From an uncultured Fibrobacterota bacterium (GTDB lineage: Bacteria; Fibrobacterota; Chitinivibrionia; Chitinivibrionales; FEN-1185): a stretch of 64,000 nucleotides of DNA. Below the pieces are notes generated by a model. It was given only the letters and a program-made list of their open reading frames with translations, made no database searches and was not told the origin of the DNA. Each line of letters begins with the position of its first letter. The stretch's first letter is position 1. The position numbers and the translations under genes were made by a program. The DNA lies in contig CAVWBU010000024.1 in the NCBI GenBank assembly GCA_963753345.1, positions 171,483 to 235,482 on the forward strand. The letters are read 5' to 3'. Positions 1-9,648 of the stretch are shown one piece after another.

Positions 1-10
1 CGCTGCTCCC

Positions 11-48
11 AAAAAGAACGCCCGCATGTTGCACCTGCTGGCGTTCTT
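11..48 (-). terminator. putative rho-independent terminator after the lipoprotein gene
   Basis: On the minus strand a 9-bp stem GGCGTTCTT/AAGAACGCC (40-48 with 14-22) runs into a T-run (complement of aaaaa at 11-15). It lies 28 nt after the stop at 76. The loop is long (17 nt). Confidence 0.4.
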
Positions 49-75
49 CACGTCTGCAACTCCCGGCTTTTCACT

Positions 76-1272
76 TCATTTCACAAGCGTTGTTCCCGTC
101 CGTGCATCATAGTACGACATGACGTACGATGCCGTGCGCACTGTGTCCCGCGCAACCACCTGGTTCACATAGTTTGTGTCGCGCTTGGACCCGACAGAGT
201 ACGACCAGAGCGGTATTGACAAGTCGTTATTTATAAACGAATGCTCTGTGCGCAACGAGTCGGAGGCAACGGCTGTGTCGCCGGTGGCAATGACGGTTGT
301 ACCGAGGAAAACGATGGTCGTATCAGACACGTAGGTTGCATGCATGTTGTTTTGTGTCACCACTTCAAAGCAGGTGCGTGCCGCTCCCGCGAATTGATAT
401 GGCTGAGTGCCCGTCACCTCCCCCGAATCACTCATAGACAGGTACAGCTGAAGCCTTATCGGGATTAAGCCCACAAAAATCCTCACCGCCGTGTCCCCCG
501 ATAGAGAAAAGCCCTGCCACGACGTGCCGACCGCGAGAGGCAGATCGAGCACCGTCACATCGACACTGTCCTTATTTACAATAAAGAGCCTCGGCGGCAC
601 CGTGTAGTCGACCTTGGCGGCCGTGTGCCTGAGAACCATTCCGGATTTCGACGGCTGTGCCGTGTCGGAGAGTAGGGTGTCGGTTGTTTCGATGCCGTAA
701 TACAGATTTCCGGCGATGATGCCGGAGAACGTGACCTTGCTGTACTTGTGATGGTGGTCGTTCTTGTTGACAGTAACCCTGATGCCGGCGGTGTCCTTTA
801 CATACACCAACGAATCGTATTCATCGGTGGTCCACCACGCGCCGTTGGCGAGTTTCCGCAGACCACCCAGTCTGGTCGAATCCACGACCAGAAAGGAATA
901 CGAAAGCGACAGGGAGTCGACCGTGGCGCCGCCCGTGGCGCGGATGCGCACGGTGTAAAGAGAATCCCATTTCAGGCTGTCGCCCGTGAGGTTCAAGGTG
1001 ACGAAGGCGGTGTCGCCGCTCGAGGTGATATTGTATGCTCCCTGCGGCAGTCCGGTGACAACGGCAGCGGCCTTGTCGCCGTCGCTGTCGCCTATGGCCA
1101 CCTGGAACGTGGCCGACTGTCCGTAGTACAGGGTGTCGGGAATCGTCTTTGGTGAAACGACCCTGTACCACATGGTGTTGACCGTATCAACAGGCTTGGC
1201 AGGGTTACTGCAGGAAACCAGAAGGCAAAGACCGCCGATCAACAATACGCCTTGCGTGAGCAACGTCTTCAC
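76..1272 (-). CDS. hypothetical lipoprotein (secreted, beta-rich)
   Basis: The ORF spans 76..1305, where 1305 is a TTG. The preferred start is GTG at 1272, preceded by GGAGG (caaGGAGGtcctGTG). The N-terminus VKTLLTQGVLLIGGLCLLVSC is a signal peptide with a lipobox-like LVSC. No family motif was recognised. Confidence 0.6.
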   Translation of the reverse strand: MKTLLTQGVLLIGGLCLLVSCSNPAKPVDTVNTMWYRVVSPKTIPDTLYYGQSATFQVAIGDSDGDKAAAVVTGLPQGAYNITSSGDTAFVTLNLTGDSLKWDSLYTVRIRATGGATVDSLSLSYSFLVVDSTRLGGLRKLANGAWWTTDEYDSLVYVKDTAGIRVTVNKNDHHHKYSKVTFSGIIAGNLYYGIETTDTLLSDTAQPSKSGMVLRHTAAKVDYTVPPRLFIVNKDSVDVTVLDLPLAVGTSWQGFSLSGDTAVRIFVGLIPIRLQLYLSMSDSGEVTGTQPYQFAGAARTCFEVVTQNNMHATYVSDTTIVFLGTTVIATGDTAVASDSLRTEHSFINNDLSIPLWSYSVGSKRDTNYVNQVVARDTVRTASYVMSYYDARTGTTLVK

Positions 1273-1530
1273 AGGACCTCCTTGAGGGTATGGTAGGATG
1301 AACAAATGATATCATTCCTTCAAGGTTTGTGCTAGAGGTGAGCCGTCTTTCGGCCGGATTTCCATACTCCGCTTCTCCACAAATCATTTCCCGTATCCAT
1401 GGTGACTCTGGCTTCAGAACAAACGTATCGTTTATGACGGTGGCAATTGCAAATATGACCTCATCGTCCCAGCCTTGCCTCGATGATTTATATTATTCCG
1501 TACCCACATTCCCCCCCCCCAGGAGAAACC

Positions 1531-2229
1531 ATGCGCCGCCATTCCTTTATTATCTTTGTCCTGTGCACCATGTGTCTCGCTCAGCAGTCCACCATCGACA
1601 TCGAGCAGTACAAAAAATCAAAGAAGCATTCCTTCAGCGAACGTTCCTTTACCGTGGGCAAGCACACCTACCGTGTGGTGAACATCAAGCCGCTCGGCGC
1701 GTCCGACACCGCCTGCATATCCGCGGTCGTGCTGGACAAACGGAAATACGTGCTGTTCGACGTCAACGTGACGTCGGGCCCGTTCGGCATGATAGTCCCC
1801 TCCCGGCAACCGGTTCCCGGCGGTCTCATTATTCTCAAGGCGTCCCCGCTGGACGCCAAAGTATTTCTTATGTTGTCAAGCGGCAAGGTCGTGACCCTGC
1901 CCGGGGCCCTGGTGTTCGCCGACACCGCCGGCTCGTGCCTGTATTGCGTGTGGGACAACGACAAAACCTTCCGGCTCACCGTGTTCGACTACAAGAACCT
2001 CCGCCTCGTGTTCAACACCCTTGCGACAGCGGAGCCGAAGCAGTGGTACACCGACGGGTTTGCGTACGGATTTTCGGCCGCCGACGGCGCCTACTACACG
2101 GTGGACTTCCTGCAGAAGGCGGTCGTCAAAGGGGAAAAACCGGCAAGCGGGCTTGCGGCCGTGTCCTACGTCGCCGACCTCGACAAAATCGACCGTGCCT
2201 CGTGCTGCGGCGCCGCCATCCTCAAGTAG
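1531..2229 (+). CDS. hypothetical secreted protein
   Basis: An in-frame ATG at 1531 is preceded by aggaga. The N-terminus MRRHSFIIFVLCTMCLAQQ looks like a signal peptide. The composition is balanced and the opposite-strand ORFs are Arg/Gly-rich shadows. Confidence 0.6.
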   Translation: MRRHSFIIFVLCTMCLAQQSTIDIEQYKKSKKHSFSERSFTVGKHTYRVVNIKPLGASDTACISAVVLDKRKYVLFDVNVTSGPFGMIVPSRQPVPGGLIILKASPLDAKVFLMLSSGKVVTLPGALVFADTAGSCLYCVWDNDKTFRLTVFDYKNLRLVFNTLATAEPKQWYTDGFAYGFSAADGAYYTVDFLQKAVVKGEKPASGLAAVSYVADLDKIDRASCCGAAILK

Positions 2230-2238
2230 CGACAATGC

Positions 2239-2868
2239 TCAGCCGCAATACTGTTTGTAAACCGCCAGGATCCGCTTGAGCGTTGTTTCCGGCTCGGCTG
2301 AGGTTGTTACGGGCCGCACCATGCAGAAGTTTTTCGCGCCCGCCGAAAGCACCAGGGGCAGGTTTTCAAGGGTTATGCCGCCGATCGCCACCGCAGGAAC
2401 CGTCGCCTGCCCGATCATTTCCTTCATCCCTGTAATCCCGATTACCGGATCAGGTTTCTTTTTTGTCGGCGTGGCGTACACCGGACCCACGCCCACATAG
2501 CCGGGCGCATGGCCGCACGCCGCCCGCATCTGCGCAACGGAATGTGTTGACAAACCAATAATCGCGTTTTCCCCGACAATCCTTCGCGCATCGGCATACG
2601 GCATGTCGCTTTGCCCGAGGTGCACGCCGTCTGCCCCGGCTTCCCTCGCGATTTCCGGATCGTCATTGATAATAAGCCGCGTCGCGGTTCCGCGGGTGAT
2701 CTCGCGCATCGCCCGTGCCGTGTTGACCACGGCATCACGCGGCGCATCTTTCATCCTGAGCTGGACAAACGCAATTTGATAATCGACAAACAGCTTTGTG
2801 CAGTACTCGTAGCCGCGCACCGGATCGGTGAGTATGCCGTAGAATCCGAACGAGTAAGGGATCACCAT
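2239..2868 (-). CDS. thiE: thiamine-phosphate synthase
   Basis: The 209-aa product carries LRMKD, INDDPEIAREAGADGVHLGQSD, GVGPVYATPTKK and AIGGI, which match the ThiE/TMP-TENI pattern. Confidence 0.85.
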   Translation of the reverse strand: MVIPYSFGFYGILTDPVRGYEYCTKLFVDYQIAFVQLRMKDAPRDAVVNTARAMREITRGTATRLIINDDPEIAREAGADGVHLGQSDMPYADARRIVGENAIIGLSTHSVAQMRAACGHAPGYVGVGPVYATPTKKKPDPVIGITGMKEMIGQATVPAVAIGGITLENLPLVLSAGAKNFCMVRPVTTSAEPETTLKRILAVYKQYCG

Positions 2869-2930
2869 GGGGCGCTGTTCTTTCTGTCAAGGCGCGCCCT
2901 GGGGCGGGAACAACGCGCCGCTTGGCGGCC

Positions 2931-4685
2931 TTACAATTTCCGTATCAATTCGAAATTGCAGATCCGCGCGTCGAAACCGCCCGATTCGTCACGCATGATG
3001 ACGCCGCCGGGATCGAGCGCCAGAAGAATGTCGTTGCCCTCGAGCAGCGAGCCGTCGTAGCCGAGGCCAAGGAGCCTGCGCTGCACCGAGCCGAAGATCT
3101 CCTTGTATTCGGTGTGCGAAATCCGGTTGTTGGTGCGCGCGCTCACCAGGTCCATGGGCCTGCACAACAGTCCCTTCTGCTGGGCGACCCACGAGTCGGG
3201 GCCGTTGTAGTATCCGCGGATGGACAGGTAATTGCGGTTTTCCAGGAGGATCGGATTGCCGTCGGGCCCGACAAGGCTCTTGTGCGACTCATAGCGCCTC
3301 GCATCGGTCGACTGCTCCATCTTGTCGCTTCCGGTCATGTAAATCGCGCGCACGTACACAGTGCCCACCCCGTGTTCGAGAAGAACCTGCGCAATGGCGA
3401 ACTCCTCGAACGGAGAGTTGAATCCGAATTCGGCCGCCTTCCGGTTGTGTTCTTCCGACGGGCCGCCTGCGGGCGTTTCTCCCACGCGCGAGGTTTTCCA
3501 TACGATATGGACGTTGTCCTTGGTCACGGTGTAGAACACCTCGTTGTCCTCCGAAAGCCTGAAGCTCACGGTCTTGCGCCACCGCTCCGGCAGAAAATAG
3601 TCGAACAGGCGGGCGTTGCGGCCCACCACCCACAGCTGACCGCCCGTGCTTTCCACATGGCCGTGAACGTACGGCACGCCGAACACCTCCGTTGACTGCA
3701 GGTACGGCGGCAGCGGCGCGGGGATGAAACGGTCGCGCTGGTCATCGAGATACGAATGCCTGCGGGAGTACTTGACCTCCTCGTCGTGCGGCGGCGTGCG
3801 GAGCAGGAGTTCGTAATCGACGACCGAATAGCGTCCGGCCTCCACGAGACCGTACACGAATTCCACCTGCTTCGTGCGCGCCGCCTCCCCGCCGGAGGCC
3901 GCGATCTGCGCAAGCGCCCTCGTGTATTCCTCGCCGACAATCACGTGCTCCGGCTTCATGTCGGCGACCACGTAGCCCTTTTTGTCAAGATCCCCTATTG
4001 CCTTGCGGGTGATGGGCTCAAGGGCGGTGATAAGCGCCTCGTCGTTGAGCCCCAGGCCCGCAAACGCCTCCACCACGTTTTCCCCCTGTATCCAGCCGTA
4101 CACGAGTTTGTACTGCCGGAGGATGTCGAGGTCCACGCCCGGATGGCGCGCCTTGATCTTGTTGATCTTCGAGCGGGAGCGGCCGCTTTGCCACAACTGC
4201 ATCTTCTCGGGAGGGACGTAGATCGCCAGCGGTTCCTGCGTGTTGATGGCCACGTCCTGGGGGCCGTATTTCCCTTCGCGCAACTCCTCGACAAGGGAGA
4301 ATTCCTCCCACGGGCTGTTGAACTCCGCGTTGATGAACTCCATGAGCATGTGCGTGTCGAGCGGCACGTCCTCGCCCACGCGGCAGTTCTTCACCACAAG
4401 TTCGATGCTCACGCCATCCACGGTTTTCGTCGGAACCCGGTACACGGCGCCGGTCCCCTGGAGGTGCTCGCGGTGCTCCTCGAACCATTCCTTTTCGTAC
4501 CAGTTTTCGATCGCCAGGAGGGATGCGAGCGGCAGGCCGTGGCGCGTGAAATACATGTCGCCGTTGTCGCTGGTCTTCTTGTGCACATACACCACGCCCA
4601 GGATGCTGATGAGGGATTCCGGCGCGACAAGCACCTGGACGTTCGACGGGTTGTGCTGTTCCATGAAGAAAAACGCTCCAATCAC
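2931..4685 (-). CDS. hypothetical protein with two tandem protein-kinase-like (Kdo/RIO-like) halves
   Basis: The 584-aa product shows an internal duplication (FNSPWEEFSLVEEL versus FNSPFEEFAIAQVL). The first half carries a catalytic-loop-like GYVVADMKPEHVIV, and the second half is degenerate at that position. The start may be the MEQ codon at 4664. Confidence 0.6.
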   Translation of the reverse strand: MIGAFFFMEQHNPSNVQVLVAPESLISILGVVYVHKKTSDNGDMYFTRHGLPLASLLAIENWYEKEWFEEHREHLQGTGAVYRVPTKTVDGVSIELVVKNCRVGEDVPLDTHMLMEFINAEFNSPWEEFSLVEELREGKYGPQDVAINTQEPLAIYVPPEKMQLWQSGRSRSKINKIKARHPGVDLDILRQYKLVYGWIQGENVVEAFAGLGLNDEALITALEPITRKAIGDLDKKGYVVADMKPEHVIVGEEYTRALAQIAASGGEAARTKQVEFVYGLVEAGRYSVVDYELLLRTPPHDEEVKYSRRHSYLDDQRDRFIPAPLPPYLQSTEVFGVPYVHGHVESTGGQLWVVGRNARLFDYFLPERWRKTVSFRLSEDNEVFYTVTKDNVHIVWKTSRVGETPAGGPSEEHNRKAAEFGFNSPFEEFAIAQVLLEHGVGTVYVRAIYMTGSDKMEQSTDARRYESHKSLVGPDGNPILLENRNYLSIRGYYNGPDSWVAQQKGLLCRPMDLVSARTNNRISHTEYKEIFGSVQRRLLGLGYDGSLLEGNDILLALDPGGVIMRDESGGFDARICNFELIRKL

Positions 4686-5449
4686 GCGGCGGACGCGCCT
4701 AGTTTTGCCCCGTGGAAAATAACCCCTGCCGCGTCTCCTCCATCGGGTGGAGCTCGCACCCTGCCGGGAGCGTGAAGGCGTCGCCGCGCACCGCCCTGTT
4801 CACCGATGCGGCTGGAGATGAGGACCGTGTCGGCCGTGAGCATGCCGCCGCATTTCCTCCTCACCACGATGCGTACGGGAAAGTCATAGTTATGGCGGCC
4901 TTCGTCGAAGCGCGCCTTGAGCTGCTGAAACATCACGCCCTTCTCGTCAAAGCTTTCGATGCAGTCGACAGCGCCCGTTTCTATGCTTCGCGCAAGAATG
5001 TCGGTGCCGGAGCGGTTTCTCCGCCCATAGTACCAGTGGGACTCGGTGCAGCCCGCAGGCGTCAAGGTCTCCCGGTCGGCATTGACACATCGGAGATACG
5101 CGCCGAAGAAATGGACGGTTTCAAAGAGATCGTCGCACCCTTCCAGGTCCGTTGTGCGGCGCGCTGCATAGCCCGCGTTGCGCCTGGTGTCGATGCCGAC
5201 AATCGCGGTGTCGTTGACGATAAACCGGTAAAGAAACGGCGCATCGTATACATACGCCGCCGCACCCGCGGCAGCATCATAGGAGAACCGGCCCTTGACG
5301 ACCTTGGAAAATTTGTTGCAGGAGTTTTTCCTGATAATGGAGCATTCCACGGAGGCGACGCGGCCGGCCATGGGCGCGGCTTCCTGCGCGGAGAGTGAAG
5401 ACTGCGCGGCGAGAAGTGCAGCAATGAACAGAAGGTATGCGGGTATCAT
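4682..5449 (-). CDS. hypothetical secreted protein (weakly LolA-like)
   Basis: The signal peptide is MIPAYLLFIAALLAAQSSLSAQ. KGRFSYD..YVYDAPFLYRFIVNDTAIVGID resembles the LolA/LppX-fold N-terminal pattern. The stop overlaps the next ORF's start by 4 nt. Confidence 0.5.
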   Translation of the reverse strand: MIPAYLLFIAALLAAQSSLSAQEAAPMAGRVASVECSIIRKNSCNKFSKVVKGRFSYDAAAGAAAYVYDAPFLYRFIVNDTAIVGIDTRRNAGYAARRTTDLEGCDDLFETVHFFGAYLRCVNADRETLTPAGCTESHWYYGRRNRSGTDILARSIETGAVDCIESFDEKGVMFQQLKARFDEGRHNYDFPVRIVVRRKCGGMLTADTVLISSRIGEQGGARRRLHAPGRVRAPPDGGDAAGVIFHGAKLGASAA

Positions 5450-5512
5450 GATTCGTGCTTTACTTACAGCCCCTGCAAATGATAGAATTATGAATCCCGG
5501 CGAATACTGCTT

Positions 5513-5540
5513 TTGACAGCGCCGTTCATTTGATTATATA
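5513..5540 (+). promoter_or_regulatory. sigma70-like promoter for the OMP gene
   Basis: TTGACA (5513-5518) is separated by 16 nt from TATATA (5535-5540), about 95 nt upstream of the ATG at 5637. Confidence 0.45.
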
Positions 5541-5636
5541 TTGGTGAAAGGCCGGAGAAGCATACTTTTTTGTTCGGTGCGCAGGACATGCGACCGGCGT
5601 GGATACGGCACACACTTTTCCGCAAGGGGGTATTCA

Positions 5637-6551
5637 ATGTCGCGTCTTGTGAAAATCACGCTTTTCGCCCTTGGCTTTGTGCTCACAATGACTCTCCCTT
5701 CCGGAGCTCTGGTGGGAATAGGGCTGCACTACGGCCTTGATTACACCCTCAGCATGAAAAACACCACGGGGTTCGGCGAGCAGGTGAGCTTCGACAGCCT
5801 CAAGCTTGACCTGGGACCAAATACAGGCAACGCCATACTAATCGGGCAGGACATTCCCGCCTATGTCACGCGATCAAATTTCAAGTCCGATTTCGCTTTC
5901 GGCGGCAAGATCTATGTCGACGTCATCCCGTTTATTGACGCGGTGGAGGTATCGGCCGATTTCGGCCTGTGGGATTATGTCGGTCAAATCAAATACCCGA
6001 ATGGAATCGTAGACCCGACTGCGGCAAATCTTGCAGCCCCATCCAATTTCACCTATGACTCGACAAAGCTCACGCTTGACAATTTCGGCCTTGGATACTT
6101 CGGGCTCAAGAACACGCCGTACGCCAAACTGCAGCTTGACGCCACCGTGCGCAAGTACATCACACGGCTTCCCAAAACGCTCAAGGTCTTCAATCTTTAC
6201 GGCGGCGCAGGCCTCACCGTGAATTTCGCCACGCCCATGCTCTCCAGCAATCTCGTGGAGGATGTGATCAAGGAAAACGCGAACAGCAGTCTGGATCTTG
6301 GCACCCTTGGCCCCAACCTCCTCGACAACAGCCAGATCATGAAAGGCGTGGTGAATAAGATCATCAGCGGCCTCACCCAGCCCTCCTACGGGGCCCACAT
6401 CGACCTCGGCTTCATGGTGAAGATCCCGGTTGTCCCCCTCGGCGTGTATGTGGACGGCAAGTTTATGATTCCCTTCGGGAAACTTGACAAGTACGTTGAC
6501 ATCGGGGGATTAGGCGTCCTCCTCAACGGCGGCGTTGCGCTGGCGTTCTGA
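5637..6551 (+). CDS. outer-membrane beta-barrel protein (hypothetical)
   Basis: An in-frame ATG at 5637 gives MSRLVKITLFALGFVLTMTLPSGA as a signal peptide. The sequence has alternating beta-strand-like character and ends in GGVALAF (terminal Phe). Confidence 0.65.
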   Translation: MSRLVKITLFALGFVLTMTLPSGALVGIGLHYGLDYTLSMKNTTGFGEQVSFDSLKLDLGPNTGNAILIGQDIPAYVTRSNFKSDFAFGGKIYVDVIPFIDAVEVSADFGLWDYVGQIKYPNGIVDPTAANLAAPSNFTYDSTKLTLDNFGLGYFGLKNTPYAKLQLDATVRKYITRLPKTLKVFNLYGGAGLTVNFATPMLSSNLVEDVIKENANSSLDLGTLGPNLLDNSQIMKGVVNKIISGLTQPSYGAHIDLGFMVKIPVVPLGVYVDGKFMIPFGKLDKYVDIGGLGVLLNGGVALAF

Positions 6552-6564
6552 AAGGCACACATCC

Positions 6565-7062
6565 ATGGACAGACTCTGGGCGCCCTGGCGCATGAAATAC
6601 ATAAAGGAAAGCATTGACAAGCCGGAAAACGGCTGCATCCTGTGCACAAAGCCCGGCCAGGCCGACGACAGAGCGAACCTCATCCTTCACAGAGGGAAAA
6701 CCGCGTACGTCATCTGCAACAAGTTTCCCTACAACAACGGCCACCTCATGGTGGTGCCCTATGCGCACACGGCCAGCCTCGACGACGTGGGCGATGAGTG
6801 CGGCCTGGAGCTGTGGAAGCTCATCGCGCTGTGCCGCAGGATCCTCGCCGATGCGTTTTCGCCCGACGGGTTCAACATCGGCATCAACCTCGGCCGCGTG
6901 GCCGGCGCCGGCATCGACACTCACCTGCATATCCACATTGTTCCGCGGTGGAACGGCGACGTCAATTTCATGCCGGTGATTGGGGAGACAAAAGTGATTT
7001 CGCAGGGGCTGGAAGAAACGTATGAGGAGCTGGCGGGGAGGTTTACGGCGATAAAGGGCTGA
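6565..7062 (+). CDS. HIT-family (histidine triad) nucleotide hydrolase/transferase
   Basis: The histidine triad HLHIHIVPRW is present. The N-terminus MDRLWAPWRMKYI and CILC are typical of the Ap4A-phosphorylase/GalT-like HIT branch. Confidence 0.8.
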   Translation: MDRLWAPWRMKYIKESIDKPENGCILCTKPGQADDRANLILHRGKTAYVICNKFPYNNGHLMVVPYAHTASLDDVGDECGLELWKLIALCRRILADAFSPDGFNIGINLGRVAGAGIDTHLHIHIVPRWNGDVNFMPVIGETKVISQGLEETYEELAGRFTAIKG

Positions 7063-7273
7063 CCGCAACCCGGCTTTTCCTCCCGGCGGCAGCGGGTCGT
7101 TGCGGAATGCGACACAACGCACGATGCGGCGAACCTGGATTGACAACGTTGCGTGGAGAATCTGTTTTTTTTCGTTGTCGTTTTCCGTCAATGCCGCGCT
7201 TCCGCCAACGTTCGCACCGTGAATCCGACTGCACGACAATCGGCCACACACCTATTTCACCGAAGGGCCTCCC

Positions 7274-8167
7274 ATGAAAACCACCCGCTTGCTCCTGTGC
7301 GGCATTGCCTGCGCAGCCGCTCTTCTCTCGAATTGCACGACCACCACGGGTCCCTCGAGTCCAACCGGTCCTTCCCAGCCGACGCAGCCCGCCACGCTCA
7401 CCGTTTACAACAATTCTTTAGGGGTTATCGGGTATGTGTATCTGTCGACAAGCCAGGCGTCCCTGGGAACCGATGAGCTGGGAAGCTCGACGATCTCGGC
7501 AGGCTCATCCTTCAGCATCACCGGGATTTCGGCCGGATACTACTATCTTGCGGCCGTCCATCTTTACACGCACGACACTGCTTGGGCGAGCTTGAGTATT
7601 ACTGCGGGACAATCCTACACCTGGACGCTTTCCGATGCCGACTTTTCCAATGGCTCCCGCGGCGGCCTCACGATCATCAACAATTCCTCCTACACCATCG
7701 AATATGTGTATCTGTCGCAAAGCAACTCAACATGGGGCAGCGATTGGCTGGGCAGCAGCACCTGGATATCCCCGGGGTTCTACTACACTATTTCCGGTGC
7801 GCCCACCGGATACGTGAACTCGAAGATGGTGTGTACCGATGCAACCAGGTATGCGCTGCACCTGCTCTATGTTCCAAGCAGCGGCTTGGACACGATCACG
7901 GTCTATAACACCGATTTTCCAAGCTACGCGCACGGAAGTCTCAAGGTCGTCAATACTTCCTCAACTTCCATTTACTACCTTTTCATGCGCATGTCCGGCA
8001 CCACCACGTGGAGCGACGACGTGCTCGGCGTAGTATCAACAATCGGCGTTGGTGAACAGTACCAGCAGGACCTGATAGCTCCAGGCACCTACGATTTCCG
8101 CGTGGAGTCTTCGAGCGGCGCCGCGCCGAGGTCGACAATCAGGACATCACCGCAGGAGAGCTTCTGA
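7274..8167 (+). CDS. lipoprotein with three internal ~75-aa repeats
   Basis: The lipobox is LLSNC. Three repeats begin LTVYNNS.., LTIINNSS.. and LKVVNTSS.., and each contains Y(V/L)YLS..W(G/S)(S/D)D.LG. Confidence 0.65.
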   Translation: MKTTRLLLCGIACAAALLSNCTTTTGPSSPTGPSQPTQPATLTVYNNSLGVIGYVYLSTSQASLGTDELGSSTISAGSSFSITGISAGYYYLAAVHLYTHDTAWASLSITAGQSYTWTLSDADFSNGSRGGLTIINNSSYTIEYVYLSQSNSTWGSDWLGSSTWISPGFYYTISGAPTGYVNSKMVCTDATRYALHLLYVPSSGLDTITVYNTDFPSYAHGSLKVVNTSSTSIYYLFMRMSGTTTWSDDVLGVVSTIGVGEQYQQDLIAPGTYDFRVESSSGAAPRSTIRTSPQESF

Positions 8168-8276
8168 CCTGGACGGTAAGCTCGATGAACTGATGATGCG
8201 GGAAGCGTGCGTTTGTTTGTGCGGGAGAAACTTCACCGGACTGTTTGAGGTTTCACGGCCGCGGGAGTGGAGCGTC

Positions 8277-9026
8277 TCACCCCATCTTCTCCGCCTGCCT
8301 GCCGGGAAACCATTCCCATAACCCGATCGTTCCGTTTTCCATTTTCGCAAACGTGTATTTCCTGATCCATTCCCCTGTGTTAACGTACACCTTGTCGCCG
8401 TATCGCCGCAGTTCCGGACGGTGCGTGTGCCCGAAAATCACGATATCGCTTCCCTCAAGCAGCTTCCTGGCGCAGCGCCGGTATTCCTCGAGCTTTTCCT
8501 CGGTGATCCAGTCGGCGAGCATTTTCCTGCTGTTGCCGGAGAAGAATGAGGCCAGCGGCACCCCGATATCGGGGTGAAGCAGCTTGTAAAGCCGTTGATT
8601 GAGCCGATTGCGGAGAATGCGCTTGAGGATGCGGTATCCCACGTCTTTCTTGACCACGCCGTCGCCGTGAAACAGATGAACCCTTTTCCCCTGGATCGTT
8701 GTCTCGAAATGGTCGAGATGAATGCGAAGGCCCACAATGTCTCGCAGGAAAGGTCCCAGGGCGAAGTCGTGATTGCCGGCGAGATAGTGGATTTCCACCC
8801 CCGATTCCACCAGACCGGCCAGCCGCGAAACGACCGCAACATAGTCCGGCCTTATCGCGTGCCGGTATTCGATCCAGAAATCGAAAAGATCGCCCACGAT
8901 ATACAGCGCTTCGGCGCCGTCTTCGATTTCGTCAAGAAACGACAAAAGGTGCTTCTGCCGGTCATCGTGGCCCGGCATTGTTATGCCGAGGTGCGCGTCG
9001 GAAATGAAATACGTTGCCGATTTCAT
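8277..9026 (-). CDS. lpxH: UDP-2,3-diacylglucosamine hydrolase (calcineurin-like phosphoesterase)
   Basis: The metallophosphoesterase motifs FISDAHLG, VGDLFDFW, AGNHD and GHTH occur in LpxH order, and the 249-aa size fits. Confidence 0.8.
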   Translation of the reverse strand: MKSATYFISDAHLGITMPGHDDRQKHLLSFLDEIEDGAEALYIVGDLFDFWIEYRHAIRPDYVAVVSRLAGLVESGVEIHYLAGNHDFALGPFLRDIVGLRIHLDHFETTIQGKRVHLFHGDGVVKKDVGYRILKRILRNRLNQRLYKLLHPDIGVPLASFFSGNSRKMLADWITEEKLEEYRRCARKLLEGSDIVIFGHTHRPELRRYGDKVYVNTGEWIRKYTFAKMENGTIGLWEWFPGRQAEKMG

Positions 9027-9171
9027 GATAGTGCCCGATGTTCTTTACAAAGAGAGAAGACGAAATGCGGGGAATTTTTGGAAGGATGAGGCAGAGCGAC
9101 CATCCTGGAATGCGCTCTCTGCGGCGTGCGCGTCCGGGGAGTGCCCCGTGCACCGCCGCCGTACGCTCCCG

Positions 9172-9351
9172 CTATTCCCACAGGTCGTCGGTGCTATCGA
9201 GATCGCTTGCCATGTCGCTGAAGTTTGCGTTTTCGTCGTGGAGCGTGCCGAAATTAAGTTCCCTCATATCTTCGGGGGTGTCGTCGTCGTCGTCCAATTC
9301 ATCTACGTCGCGCAGGATTTCGTCCGCGTCGAACTGTTCGTCCAGAATCAT
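9172..9351 (-). CDS. small hyperacidic protein (59 aa), not in the ORF track
   Basis: By hand translation the product is MILDEQFDADEILRDVDELDDDDDTPEDMRELNFGTLHDENANFSDMASDLDSTDDLWE. There is a strong RBS (gGGAGGtgagatcgaATG). 24 of 59 residues are D/E. Confidence 0.55.
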   Translation of the reverse strand: MILDEQFDADEILRDVDELDDDDDTPEDMRELNFGTLHDENANFSDMASDLDSTDDLWE

Positions 9352-9648
9352 TCGATCTCACCTCCCTTCCCATGATGCTCGCTTGGCGTTCCGTAATTTG
9401 CAAGAGAATTATAATGGATTTTCTAATCCGTGTCAATATTTTTTTTGAAAAGGTTTTCGCGCAAAATCCCCGAATTCCCGCCGGTGCGCAACGTCCCGCC
9501 ACCGGCACTCGATACTACGTCGTGCGTTTCCCGAATATTACTCCCCATGCCGAAAAAGAGACGGACATTCGACGGCGGCTTGCAGGCGTGGAACGGTGCC
9601 CGTGTGCGACTGATTTGCCGAGAGGATTATACCGAGGATCCGAGGAGC

